A stretch of 64,000 nucleotides of DNA from a virus (IMGVR_UViG_3300032243_000867:1-64000); one strand, 5' to 3'. Positions 8,139-16,086 are shown, counted from the first letter of the stretch. Notes: generated from the letters alone by a model not told the origin. A program made the numbers and translations.

Positions 8139-8636
8139 ATGAAGAAGAAGTCCAGCGAGCACGGTGCCGGGTCTGACGGCAACTACATGACGAAGCAGAA
8201 CCTGTGGCTCGCCCACCGCGTGAGCCAGATGCTCTACAACGGCATCCCCGACGGGGTTCTTCTCCCCGATTGGGCCGAGAGCAAGATCAACAGCGCCGCC
8301 CAGCACCTGAAGGAGGTCGCCGGGTGGGCGATGCACGAGTCTCACGGCGATAACCTTCACCCCGCCCCCGAGGCGAACCCCATTCACCTTGCGGGTGAGG
8401 GGGAGCTAAGGTCGAAGCTGGTCCGTCTGGCTCACGAGAACCCCGATCTCCGCCCCCACCTCCTCCCGCTGCTGACCAAGACGGCGGCGGGGGACAAGTG
8501 CGTGGTGTGCGGCAAGCCGGGGGAGGAGATCCGTTACAACGTCCGGGGGTCCGACGGGACGGAGCTCGCGGGGCGCGTGTTCATCAAGGGCTCGGTGCTT
8601 TGCGACAAGCACCAGGAGATGCTCGAAGGCACCTGA
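8139..8636 (+). CDS. Putative head-associated protein carrying the LRSKxxRLAH tag
   Basis: LPDWAESKINSAAQHL helical segment; internal LRSKLVRLAHENPDLRPHLLPLLTKTAA; C-terminal CVVC. Confidence 0.7.
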   Translation: MKKKSSEHGAGSDGNYMTKQNLWLAHRVSQMLYNGIPDGVLLPDWAESKINSAAQHLKEVAGWAMHESHGDNLHPAPEANPIHLAGEGELRSKLVRLAHENPDLRPHLLPLLTKTAAGDKCVVCGKPGEEIRYNVRGSDGTELAGRVFIKGSVLCDKHQEMLEGT

Positions 8637-8672
8637 CCGCCCGGGAGCGAAGAATAACACCAACGAGAAAAG

Positions 8673-8715
8673 CCGCCCCCCGTACCCCGGCGCGATGCCG
8701 GGGTACGGGGGGCGG
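8673..8715. terminator. Bidirectional terminator between convergent genes
   Basis: Perfect 19-bp stem CCGCCCCCCGTACCCCGGC/GCCGGGGTACGGGGGGCGG, A-run before and T-run after. Confidence 0.75.
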
Positions 8716-8720
8716 TTTCG

Positions 8721-9176
8721 TTACGCGGGGGAGACGCCGGGGAGGGACTTGAGAGACACCCGCGGGGTGTTCGGCACCAGGTCCGCCACGCTCGCGACGT
8801 GCGCTTGCACCGCGGGCGGGAAGCAAGCCAGGAAAGTCGGGTCCGCCTTCCGAAGCGAGAGCTTCACCTCGTAGATGGCGTTGAACAGGTCTCCCAACGC
8901 AGCCCTCTCGCCGTCCACCGTCGCGGCGGGGGTGAGCTTCAGCGACGGTCCGGGCACGACCACCTTGGCTTGGGTGAGCCCGTCACCGTCGAAGGTGACG
9001 GTGGATTTGCCAGAGGCGACCGCGAGGGCGCGCACCTCGCGCTTAAAGGGCTCCAGTGCCTCCTGGCACGCCTCGATGGCGTTCCAGAGCGCGGAGGCAG
9101 CGGCCACCTTCGAGGCGAGAGGGGCGGCGGGGTCGTTGATGAGGGCGGTGTGGGCGCTGATGTCGAGGGCTTTCAT
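8721..9176 (-). CDS. Hypothetical protein
   Basis: AAAGGA RBS; MKALDISAHTALIND...; ends at the terminator. Confidence 0.7.
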   Translation of the reverse strand: MKALDISAHTALINDPAAPLASKVAAASALWNAIEACQEALEPFKREVRALAVASGKSTVTFDGDGLTQAKVVVPGPSLKLTPAATVDGERAALGDLFNAIYEVKLSLRKADPTFLACFPPAVQAHVASVADLVPNTPRVSLKSLPGVSPA

Positions 9177-9238
9177 GATCGTGGTCCTTTCGTAGCGGCT
9201 GAGCCGCACCGGGTTGGATTCGGAATATTCGTACGGGT

Positions 9239-9308
9239 CGGTGACCGCCGCAGGACTCGAACCTGCGTCCCGACCGAGGCGCGATGACGGTAGCGCCGTC
9301 GGGCGGTT
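9239..9308 (-). ncRNA. tRNA-like minihelix element 4
   Basis: Acceptor-like AACCGCC/GGCGGTC (6 of 7), central GGCGC/GCGCC hairpin, perfect T-arm GCAGG-TTCGAGT-CCTGC, discriminator A, then CCG. Confidence 0.55.
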
Positions 9309-9394
9309 TCCATAGGCTCGCGGGGGAGGTTCCCGCAAGCACGGTCGTAAGGGGGAAGCGCCCGCCCCCCGGCAACGGGGGGCGGGCCGGTCCG

Positions 9395-10333
9395 TCACTT
9401 CGCGACCGTGCTGGAGGGAGGGGTTTCGTCGGCGTGGTACAGGCCGAAACCCGGCAGGTACCGAATCGAGTCCCCCGCCTTGATCGGGCGACCCGAGGCC
9501 GCGCAGATGCCGTCCACGCGGGCCTTCAGGGTCATGCCCGCGTCGGGCGCGGCCTTGGCCGCGGAGGGGGCGTTCGCCGCGCCCACCGCCGCGTCGAGCT
9601 TGGCGACCGACGCGGTCACCGGGGAGGGCGCGGCGGGCGTCTCGGTGGAGAGCTTGCTGGCCAGGAGCGTCAGCGTCGCCGCCTTGGCGTTCCGGCACCA
9701 CCCAGCGAGGGGGCACTTGCCGCACTCGCCGGACTTCGCCGCCCACGCGCCGAAGCACTCGGTGGAGGCCACCGCGAGGGCGCGGATGTCGTCGTCGTTC
9801 AGCCACGCGGGCACGTCCGCCGCGGGCGCGTTCGCCGCGGGCGCGTTCGCCACCTTCAGGCGGCGCTTCGCCGCCACCGGGGCGGGCGCTTCCGGGGCGG
9901 GCGCTTCCGGGGCGGGCGCTTCCGGGGCGGCGGCGGGCTCCTCAGCCCGAGCCATCGCGGGGGGCTCCGCCGCGGGGGTCGCGGCGGGCTCGTCGGGGGT
10001 GGGGGCCGTTCCCGCTTTGCGGGGCTTGGGAGCCCCGAGGTACTTGTCCCGGTCCTGCGGCGGGAGCGTCCCGCTCGCGAGGGCCTCGCGGCCCAGGTCC
10101 GTGATGGCCCACGTTCCGCGCGTGGGGTCGGACACGATCCCGCGTGCCTTGAGGTCCCACTTCCCGTTGCCCACCGCAGTGCGGTGGGCCTTGTCGGCGG
10201 GGTCGCCGCCGAGCTCCTTGAGGGCCGCGTCCACGGCGGCGTCCACGGCGAGCTCGCCGTTGGGGGCACCCGCCAGGGCGCGGAGCAGGGGGAACTGGGT
10301 GGTGGACTGGCTGATTTTGTTCGTCATCGTCAT
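9395..10333 (-). CDS. Mrr-N-like winged-helix protein with Ala/Pro linker and Cys clusters
   Basis: PLLRALA...LKARGIVSDPTRGTWAITDLGREAL resembles the Mrr N-terminal domain; EAPAP x3 linker; ECFG...ECGKCPLAGWC and C-terminal CAASG...H. Confidence 0.7.
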   Translation of the reverse strand: MTMTNKISQSTTQFPLLRALAGAPNGELAVDAAVDAALKELGGDPADKAHRTAVGNGKWDLKARGIVSDPTRGTWAITDLGREALASGTLPPQDRDKYLGAPKPRKAGTAPTPDEPAATPAAEPPAMARAEEPAAAPEAPAPEAPAPEAPAPVAAKRRLKVANAPAANAPAADVPAWLNDDDIRALAVASTECFGAWAAKSGECGKCPLAGWCRNAKAATLTLLASKLSTETPAAPSPVTASVAKLDAAVGAANAPSAAKAAPDAGMTLKARVDGICAASGRPIKAGDSIRYLPGFGLYHADETPPSSTVAK

Positions 10334-10349
10334 CGTCTCCTTCTGCCCC

Positions 10350-10379
10350 CTAACCGGAAGCCGGGGGGGTCCATTAGTG
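10350..10379 (-). promoter_or_regulatory. 30-bp leader motif copy 6
   Basis: cactaatggacccccccggcttccggttag, directly before the AAGGAG of 9395..10333. Confidence 0.7.
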
Positions 10380-10395
10380 CGAATCAACCGGGCAT

Positions 10396-10451
10396 CGGTC
10401 GATTCCTCAGCCCCTCCGGGGTTACGCCCGGAGGGGCTGAGGAATCGACCG
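10396..10451. repeat. Perfect 25-bp inverted repeat (hairpin)
   Basis: CGGTCGATTCCTCAGCCCCTCCGGG-GTTACG-CCCGGAGGGGCTGAGGAATCGACCG. Confidence 0.9.
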
Positions 10452-10484
10452 GAGCGTTGCACTCCGGTCGCAGCGGGGGGGCCG

Positions 10485-11684
10485 TCAGACGGCGGGGGCG
10501 GCGAGGGGGTCGGCGGACACGTGGGAGGTGTCGCCCTCCTCCACCGCCCCGCCCTTCAGGTGCGGATCGACCAGGCGCTTGAGGGCCTCGCGGGTGTCCT
10601 CATTGGGAGCGCCCGCGAGGATGTCCTGGAGGCCCGAGCGGATGACGCGGGAGGCGGCGATGCCCGTGTAAAAGGTTGCCTCGACGGCCACGGCATCCAT
10701 CCAGTTGGACACCGTGCGGTGTCCGAAGTCGAGGAACAGTTCCTCCTTCTCGACGGCGTCGCGGATCGCCGTGGTCGCCCGCATCACGGCGGGGATCAGG
10801 TCGGGGAAGCGCGCCGCGAGCGCCGGGTACTTCGCGCGGAGCAGGGGCTCCTCATCGCGAGGGTCCATGTTGCTGAACGTCACCTTGAAGGTGAAGCGAT
10901 CCAACACGGACGTGTCCACCGGGGTCGCGGTGTAGCGCCCGGAGGTGTCGCCGCCACCCGCGGTGTTCGCGGTGGCGACGATGAGCGTACCGGGGAGCAC
11001 CTTGTGCATCCCGTTCGCGGCGGGCACGCGCCCGCCGAGGCTGTCGAGGATGGCGCGCAGGGGCTCCATCTGAGCCCGCGTTGCGCGGTCGATGTCGCTG
11101 AGGACGATCAGGTACGGGATCACCCGCCCGTCGGCGGTCTTGTAGCCGTCCCGCAGCGCGCGGAGGAGGTCGCCCTCCTCCCAGTACGTGCCCTGCGGCC
11201 CGAGCGCGCGGGTCGCCAACCACCCCTGGATGTCGGCATCCGGGGTGATGTTGAACACTCGCGCGGGGAGGCGCATCCGGGCGCTCAAGGCGCTGAAGAC
11301 CGCGTCCTTGCCCGTTCCGGGCGGTCCCCAAACCCAGAGGGGCTTGCTGTTGCCCGCCGCGACGCGGGCGGCGACGCGGCGCACCGCGTCGGCCAGCTTC
11401 CCGAAGCCCGGAACCGCGTACGCGGCGGGCAGGGGCAGACAGGCGTCCGCCGGAACGTCGAGGTTGACGGGCATCGGGATGCCCGCGAAGCGCGCGGTCA
11501 CCCCGCCAGCGGGGTTGAAGGCCGCGCGCCGACGCCCCTTGACGTGCGCGTCGTGCGCGGCTTCGAGGGCGGGGGAGGCGGTCTCCCCGTCGTACTCACC
11601 CTCCCCGAGCCCGTGGGCTTCGAGGAGGTGGGGGACCAGATAGTGCGCCTCGAAGGCGCACAGGTTGCACTTGAGCTTCGTCAT
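10485..11684 (-). CDS. MoxR/CobS-like AAA+ ATPase with N-terminal C2H2 zinc finger
   Basis: CNLC...HLLEAH; Walker A GPPGTGKD; Walker B-like IVLSDIDRA; ATANT; VLDRF; alternative start 11690. Confidence 0.85.
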   Translation of the reverse strand: MTKLKCNLCAFEAHYLVPHLLEAHGLGEGEYDGETASPALEAAHDAHVKGRRRAAFNPAGGVTARFAGIPMPVNLDVPADACLPLPAAYAVPGFGKLADAVRRVAARVAAGNSKPLWVWGPPGTGKDAVFSALSARMRLPARVFNITPDADIQGWLATRALGPQGTYWEEGDLLRALRDGYKTADGRVIPYLIVLSDIDRATRAQMEPLRAILDSLGGRVPAANGMHKVLPGTLIVATANTAGGGDTSGRYTATPVDTSVLDRFTFKVTFSNMDPRDEEPLLRAKYPALAARFPDLIPAVMRATTAIRDAVEKEELFLDFGHRTVSNWMDAVAVEATFYTGIAASRVIRSGLQDILAGAPNEDTREALKRLVDPHLKGGAVEEGDTSHVSADPLAAPAV

Positions 11685-11772
11685 CGTCATCCTCCGAATC
11701 GAGCAGGGACCGTTACGCCCGCGCTGCGCCACCGTGGCGCTGCACCCGCGTCCATCCGTCCCCCTCCGTTGC

Positions 11773-11802
11773 CTAACCGGAGGGGAGGGGGGTCCCTTAG
11801 TA
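11773..11802 (-). promoter_or_regulatory. 30-bp leader motif copy 7
   Basis: tactaagggacccccctcccctccggttag. Confidence 0.7.
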
Positions 11803-11860
11803 GGAATCAACCGCCCATCGGTCGATTCCGTCCGCCTCCCCCGCCGTCCCCCCGCAACCC

Positions 11861-11890
11861 CTAACCGGAAGCCGGGGGGGTCCATTAGTG
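11861..11890 (-). promoter_or_regulatory. 30-bp leader motif copy 8 (variant B)
   Basis: cactaatggacccccccggcttccggttag. Confidence 0.7.
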
Positions 11891-12055
11891 GGAATCGAAC
11901 GAATCGCGTAAGTACGCGAAACCATTAGGGAATCGGTCGGCACGGATTGTGCTAATCGTACGCGCGCGATCCGGTAAAATGGGGGCGCGGGGATTGACCT
12001 ACGTTACCCTACGTTACGTTACGTTCAGAGAATCGAGGGGGGCCGTTTCGATTTT
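11891..12055. repeat. Divergent control cassette core, copy 2
   Basis: Direct repeat of 1251-1414 (identical 48-nt and 36-nt blocks). Confidence 0.85.
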
Positions 12056-12085
12056 CACTAAGCGACCCCCCTCCCCTCCGGTTAG
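12056..12085 (+). promoter_or_regulatory. 30-bp leader motif copy 9 (variant A)
   Basis: cactaagcgacccccctcccctccggttag. Confidence 0.7.
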
Positions 12086-12143
12086 GCGTCGGAAGGGGAA
12101 CGGGAACGGTCGAACGGAATCGACCGCATGGCGTAACGAATTT

Positions 12144-12173
12144 CACTAATGGACCCCCCGGCGTTCCGGTTAG
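12144..12173 (+). promoter_or_regulatory. 30-bp leader motif copy 10
   Basis: cactaatggaccccccggcgttccggttag, just before the AAGGAG of the vWA gene. Confidence 0.7.
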
Positions 12174-12186
12174 GGGTCGGAAGGAG

Positions 12187-14394
12187 ATGACGATGACGAA
12201 AATGACGGATGAGCTCGCGATGCCCGGTAGCCGCGTGCGGGAAACGCACGCCGCGACGGTCCTCTCGATTGTTGGCCGGGAGCGGATGCTCCCGGTCGTG
12301 ACGCGGGGCACGGGGTTCGCCATGCGCGGACCCTTCGGATGGCGGGCGGTTGCGCCCGCCCTGTGCCGGGGCGAGCGCGACCCGCGCATCCTCGCGGAAC
12401 ACACGCGCTACGGATCGAACACTCCCGCGTCGATCCAGATCGCGGAGTGCGGCGATGACGTGCCCCGCCGCACCTACTTGGCCCTCATCGGTGGCGCGAG
12501 CCACGAGGCGTTCCATCGCCTCTATTCCCAGCAGGGCGTCCTCACGCCCGCCGTGATCGGCGCGGCTATCGCGCCCGTGAGGGCCAACCCGACCGTTGAC
12601 TGGTCGCGGCGCGCGAAGTTGGTCCTCGACCTCCAGAACGTGGTCGAGGACATCTACATCGAGCGGCTCGGGTGCGAGGAGTTCCCCGGGGTCGCCACAA
12701 AAATGGCGGACCTCGCGGACTACATCGTCCGCATGGAGGCGGACTCCCGCGAGAAGGCGGGCAACCCTCCCGCGACGGTCGTTCAGACCGTGTTCGTCGC
12801 GTGGCGCGACCTGGGCCTGGGGTACAACACCCCGACCCTGCGCGACAACCTCGCGCGGCTCGCCCGCGAGTGCCCGGAAGGGCTCGCGATGCTGCGCCCT
12901 GGCGGCGCGCTGCACGGCGTGTTCACGCGAAGCGTTCCCGACGTGCGGACCCCCGCCGCGCGGGAGCGGGCGAAGCAGGCCCTGCTCGACGGGATCGCCC
13001 TGACCCTCGCCCTCGAAGCGGTCGCGCACCTTGAGGGTGCGGCGAACGCCGAGGAGCCCCAGCCGTCGCAGGGCGGCGAGGGGAAGGGCAAGCCCCAGCC
13101 CGGTAAGGGCGGCGAACCCGCGAAGGGCGAACCTTCCGAGGGCGAACCCGCGAAGGGCGAACCTTCCGAGGGCGAACCTTCCGAGGGCGAACCCGCGAAG
13201 GGCGAACCCGCGAAGGGTGAGGGGCCGGGCGACCAGCCCGGTGACCCTTCCGACGCGGACGGCACCACCCACGACGGCACCAACGGCGTTGACGAGGCCG
13301 AAGGCTCCGCGAACGGCGCGGGCGGCGGCGAGGGCACGTCCACGGCGACCGCCAAGGACTTCCTCGACCAGCACGCCAAGGACGGCACGGGCACGCTGGA
13401 CTCGAACAGCGCACTCGAAGCGGGCGTCAAGGCCGACATGGAGGAGGGAACCCCCGACCCCAAAGACTACACCTCGCCCATGCCGTACCGCCCGTACAGC
13501 ACGGCGGCGGATGAAGTCGTCGGCGTGCGAGCCCACGCGGGAAACGCGGGCTCGTTCGCGGTCATCGCCCGCGAGGCCCGCAAGGGCACGGCGTACCTGC
13601 GGACGCGCCTCGCGGTGCTGTTCCGCGCGCTGGAAAACTCGGGCACCGAGCACGGTGTCCGCAAAGGCTCCGCGCTCTCCCCCCGGATGCTCGTGGACTC
13701 GTACTGCGAGATGCGGGGCGGCGTGATGCCCACGCGGGCCTACATGGACCGCACCCCGGCGATTGATATGTCCATCGCGGCGGCGCTGGTGATTGACGAG
13801 TCGAGCTCGATGAGAGACAAGCTCCGCGAGACGTGCGCGATTGCGTACACGCTCCTGGACGCCCTCGACGGCATCGGCGCGAAGTCGATGGCAATGGGCT
13901 TCCGCACCAAGTCGTACGATGCCGCGTACGACAACCGGGACTACACGGGCGCGAACGGTTGCCACCGCACGCACGCCATGTACTACGACGTGTTCAAGTC
14001 GTGGGGCGAGACCTTCAAGGCTTCCGCGCCGCGCTTGCGCGAGATCAAAGCCTCGGGCGGCACGCCCATGGCGGACGGCATTGAGTTCGCCCTGCGGGAA
14101 CTCAGCGCCCGCCCCGAAGGGCACCGCATCCTGTTCGTACTCACCGACGGCGAGCCCGACGGGGAGCACGCACGGGTCATCCCCACCCAGCTCCAGCGCG
14201 CCGCGGAAGCCGGTGTGCTGGTGATCGGTGTCGGTCTCGGGTCCGGGTCGGAAGGCGTCAAGACCCGGTTCCCCGACCATGTGTACGCTCGCGACCTCGA
14301 CGCCCTCCCGGCGGCACTGGTCCGCAAGCTGGAGGAGCTCGTACGCTCCCGCCACGCGGGCGCGAAGCGTGGCCGCACGGTCAAGGCCGCGTGA
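12187..14394 (+). CDS. CobT-like vWA domain protein (partner of the AAA ATPase)
   Basis: N-terminal SHEAFH (HExxH); MIDAS LVIDESSSM, GGTPM, VLTDGEP; start may be 12193. Confidence 0.85.
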   Translation: MTMTKMTDELAMPGSRVRETHAATVLSIVGRERMLPVVTRGTGFAMRGPFGWRAVAPALCRGERDPRILAEHTRYGSNTPASIQIAECGDDVPRRTYLALIGGASHEAFHRLYSQQGVLTPAVIGAAIAPVRANPTVDWSRRAKLVLDLQNVVEDIYIERLGCEEFPGVATKMADLADYIVRMEADSREKAGNPPATVVQTVFVAWRDLGLGYNTPTLRDNLARLARECPEGLAMLRPGGALHGVFTRSVPDVRTPAARERAKQALLDGIALTLALEAVAHLEGAANAEEPQPSQGGEGKGKPQPGKGGEPAKGEPSEGEPAKGEPSEGEPSEGEPAKGEPAKGEGPGDQPGDPSDADGTTHDGTNGVDEAEGSANGAGGGEGTSTATAKDFLDQHAKDGTGTLDSNSALEAGVKADMEEGTPDPKDYTSPMPYRPYSTAADEVVGVRAHAGNAGSFAVIAREARKGTAYLRTRLAVLFRALENSGTEHGVRKGSALSPRMLVDSYCEMRGGVMPTRAYMDRTPAIDMSIAAALVIDESSSMRDKLRETCAIAYTLLDALDGIGAKSMAMGFRTKSYDAAYDNRDYTGANGCHRTHAMYYDVFKSWGETFKASAPRLREIKASGGTPMADGIEFALRELSARPEGHRILFVLTDGEPDGEHARVIPTQLQRAAEAGVLVIGVGLGSGSEGVKTRFPDHVYARDLDALPAALVRKLEELVRSRHAGAKRGRTVKAA
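13111..13215 (+). repeat. 7 x 15-nt tandem repeat (GEPAK/GEPSE linker)
   Basis: GGCGAACCCGCGAAG and GGCGAACCTTCCGAG units. Confidence 0.9.
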
Positions 14395-14401
14395 CCCCCT
14401 A

Positions 14402-14464
14402 GCCTGAACGGTTCGCCCCGGTGATCACCGGGGCGGCGAGGTTCGATTCCCCGCCCAGGCTCCA
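14402..14464 (+). ncRNA. tRNA-like minihelix element 5
   Basis: GCCTG/CAGGC acceptor-like pairing (5 of 7), perfect 10-bp central hairpin CGCCCCGGTG/CACCGGGGCG, T-arm CGAGG-TTCGATT-CCCCG, discriminator T, CCA. Confidence 0.55.
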
Positions 14465-14518
14465 ACGCACATCCCCTCAACCAAGGGCCACCATGGCCCC
14501 GCGAACTGAAAGGACACC

Positions 14519-14857
14519 ATGCACGCTCACATCAACATCGACGAACTCCGCGCCGTGTACGCAGACGCCCGCTTCCACGGGCGCGACGTGGAAGCGGCCA
14601 TCAACGCCGCTTGGCGGTACGCCCGCGCCCACTACCTCCCCCGTGCCCGTGCCCCGTACGGGGTCGAAGCCATCGGCCCGCTGAACACGGGGCGGCGGCG
14701 GAACTACCGCAGCCCGCTGGGCGAAGTGCTGGGGGTGGTGACCTCCCCCTACGGGCAGCACTGCGCCCTGTGGCGACGCACGGAGACTTCCTACCGCGAG
14801 CGAGCGGCGGTGGTGCGAACCCTCGCCGCTGCGCTGGGCGAGAAGGGGGTGGCGTGA
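14519..14857 (+). CDS. Hypothetical protein
   Basis: AAAGGA RBS; 112 aa. Confidence 0.65.
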   Translation: MHAHINIDELRAVYADARFHGRDVEAAINAAWRYARAHYLPRARAPYGVEAIGPLNTGRRRNYRSPLGEVLGVVTSPYGQHCALWRRTETSYRERAAVVRTLAAALGEKGVA

Positions 14858-15123
14858 TGAAGACCGCGGCCCCCGACGCCCTCCCCGGCAACGGGGTTCA
14901 CTACCTCGTCACGGTGACGTGGCGGGGACGGATGCACGTAGACCCCCTCCGGGTGTTCGCCCGCGAGGGGGACGCCCGCGCCCTCGTGGGCGGGACCGCC
15001 CCCAAGCCGTCCCCCGCCCGCCGCCCCGGCTGGCACCCCTGCGGCTACCCGGGGTGCTCCCCGCACTACTGCGACGAGTGCGATGGCAAGGGCCGTGGCC
15101 TTCGCAGCTACGGGGAGTGGTGA
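14857..15123 (+). CDS. Hypothetical protein with C-terminal Cys cluster
   Basis: TGATG overlap; HPCGYPGCSPHYCDECDG. Confidence 0.55.
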   Translation: MKTAAPDALPGNGVHYLVTVTWRGRMHVDPLRVFAREGDARALVGGTAPKPSPARRPGWHPCGYPGCSPHYCDECDGKGRGLRSYGEW

Positions 15124-15361
15124 TCGAAGGCCCCCCGCGGTCCCCCCCAAGGGGCCGGAACCTCCCGGCTCCGACCCCCGAAGAACTTGGGACGCCCCCG
15201 GCCCGGGGGCTCCCCGAAGCCCGATTCCCCGAAACCGTATAGTAAACTTCGGGGCGGGCACGGGGGGGTCGAAATAGCCGTATTGAAGCCGCACCGAAAA
15301 CGGGGGTCAAAAATGTGAATGGGGTTCGCAATCGCAGTTTCTATGCGGTAGCGCCCGGGGC

Positions 15362-15661
15362 ATGGGGGCAACGCGGACGGTCTCCACTTACGAGAGGGTA
15401 GCGGCGCGGGTGCCCACCTGTCAGAGCTACTACGAGCTTGCGGTGGCCCTTGGGATGGGGCGGGTGAGCACGGGGAGAACCCAGCCGCAGGTGAAGAACC
15501 TTTTGGTGAAACTGCGGAAGCACGGCCCCAAGCTGGACGTGTCGCACTTCAAGAAGTCCTCGCCGGGGTTCGTGTACCCTCCCGTGCCCCGTCCCTGCAC
15601 CCGCCCCGGGTTCGTCTGCCTCCTCCGTCCCGTGAGGTGTCGGAGCCCCTTTGCAACGTAG
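15362..15661 (+). CDS. Hypothetical protein (possible HTH)
   Basis: 99-aa ORF; SYYELAVALG segment; TTCTAT upstream. Confidence 0.45.
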   Translation: MGATRTVSTYERVAARVPTCQSYYELAVALGMGRVSTGRTQPQVKNLLVKLRKHGPKLDVSHFKKSSPGFVYPPVPRPCTRPGFVCLLRPVRCRSPFAT

Positions 15662-15773
15662 GTCATAGGTTTTCCCCGCGCGACCCCCCTTCGGTGAGAC
15701 AAGGGGTTCTTCTGCACGGACCCCCCCCTTCGGTGAGACAAGCCCCCCCTTCCGCGGGCGTAACGTAGGTCAT
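15655..15773 (+). promoter_or_regulatory. Nested direct-repeat pairs upstream of the S24/sigma operon
   Basis: AACGTAGGTCAT at 15655 and 15762; CCCCCCTTCGGTGAGACAAG at 15684 and 15723. Confidence 0.55.
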
Positions 15774-16086
15774 GTCCGTCCCAAACTACAAAATCGAAGC
15801 TCTCCAGCGAGGCGAGACAGTGGTGTCTCGCGAGCCGGGTAACTCCATGATCCCGCTCATTCAATCTCGTCAGCCCGTGCGTATCGCGCCGTGTCGGTGG
15901 GAGGACCTCGTCCCCGGTGACATCGCGTACTGCCGGGTACGCGGGAACGTCTACACGCACTTGGTGAAGGCCGTGAACCCTGACCGAGGGGTTCTCATCG
16001 GGAACAATCACGGGCACGACAACGGCTGGACGACCACCGTGTACGGGAAGGTGGTGGAGGTTCTGCCCGTGGGGTGGAAGGAGTGA
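15772..16086 (+). CDS. S24/S26-like peptidase domain protein (no HTH)
   Basis: GNSMIPLI, LVPGDIAYCRV, YTHLVKAV, IGNNHG. Confidence 0.75.
   Translation: MSVPNYKIEALQRGETVVSREPGNSMIPLIQSRQPVRIAPCRWEDLVPGDIAYCRVRGNVYTHLVKAVNPDRGVLIGNNHGHDNGWTTTVYGKVVEVLPVGWKE

Noticed and set aside
317-12173. 30-bp motif copies or the 24-bp tandem at 49697 as a CRISPR array
   Set aside because: Copies are irregularly spaced and in both orientations, or directly tandem without spacers; no cas genes.
9408-14355. Very long opposite-strand ORFs (9408..11864+, 12082..14355-, 9284..10582+)
   Set aside because: Antisense shadows of real genes caused by high GC3; no motifs or RBS.
12187-14394. Functional cobaltochelatase CobST
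   Set aside because: No CobN or other cobalamin genes; the AAA/vWA pair is generic MoxR-type.
342-14464. Canonical tRNA genes
   Set aside because: The T-loop elements lack a D-arm and a 7-nt anticodon loop, so they are reported as tRNA-like ncRNA candidates only.
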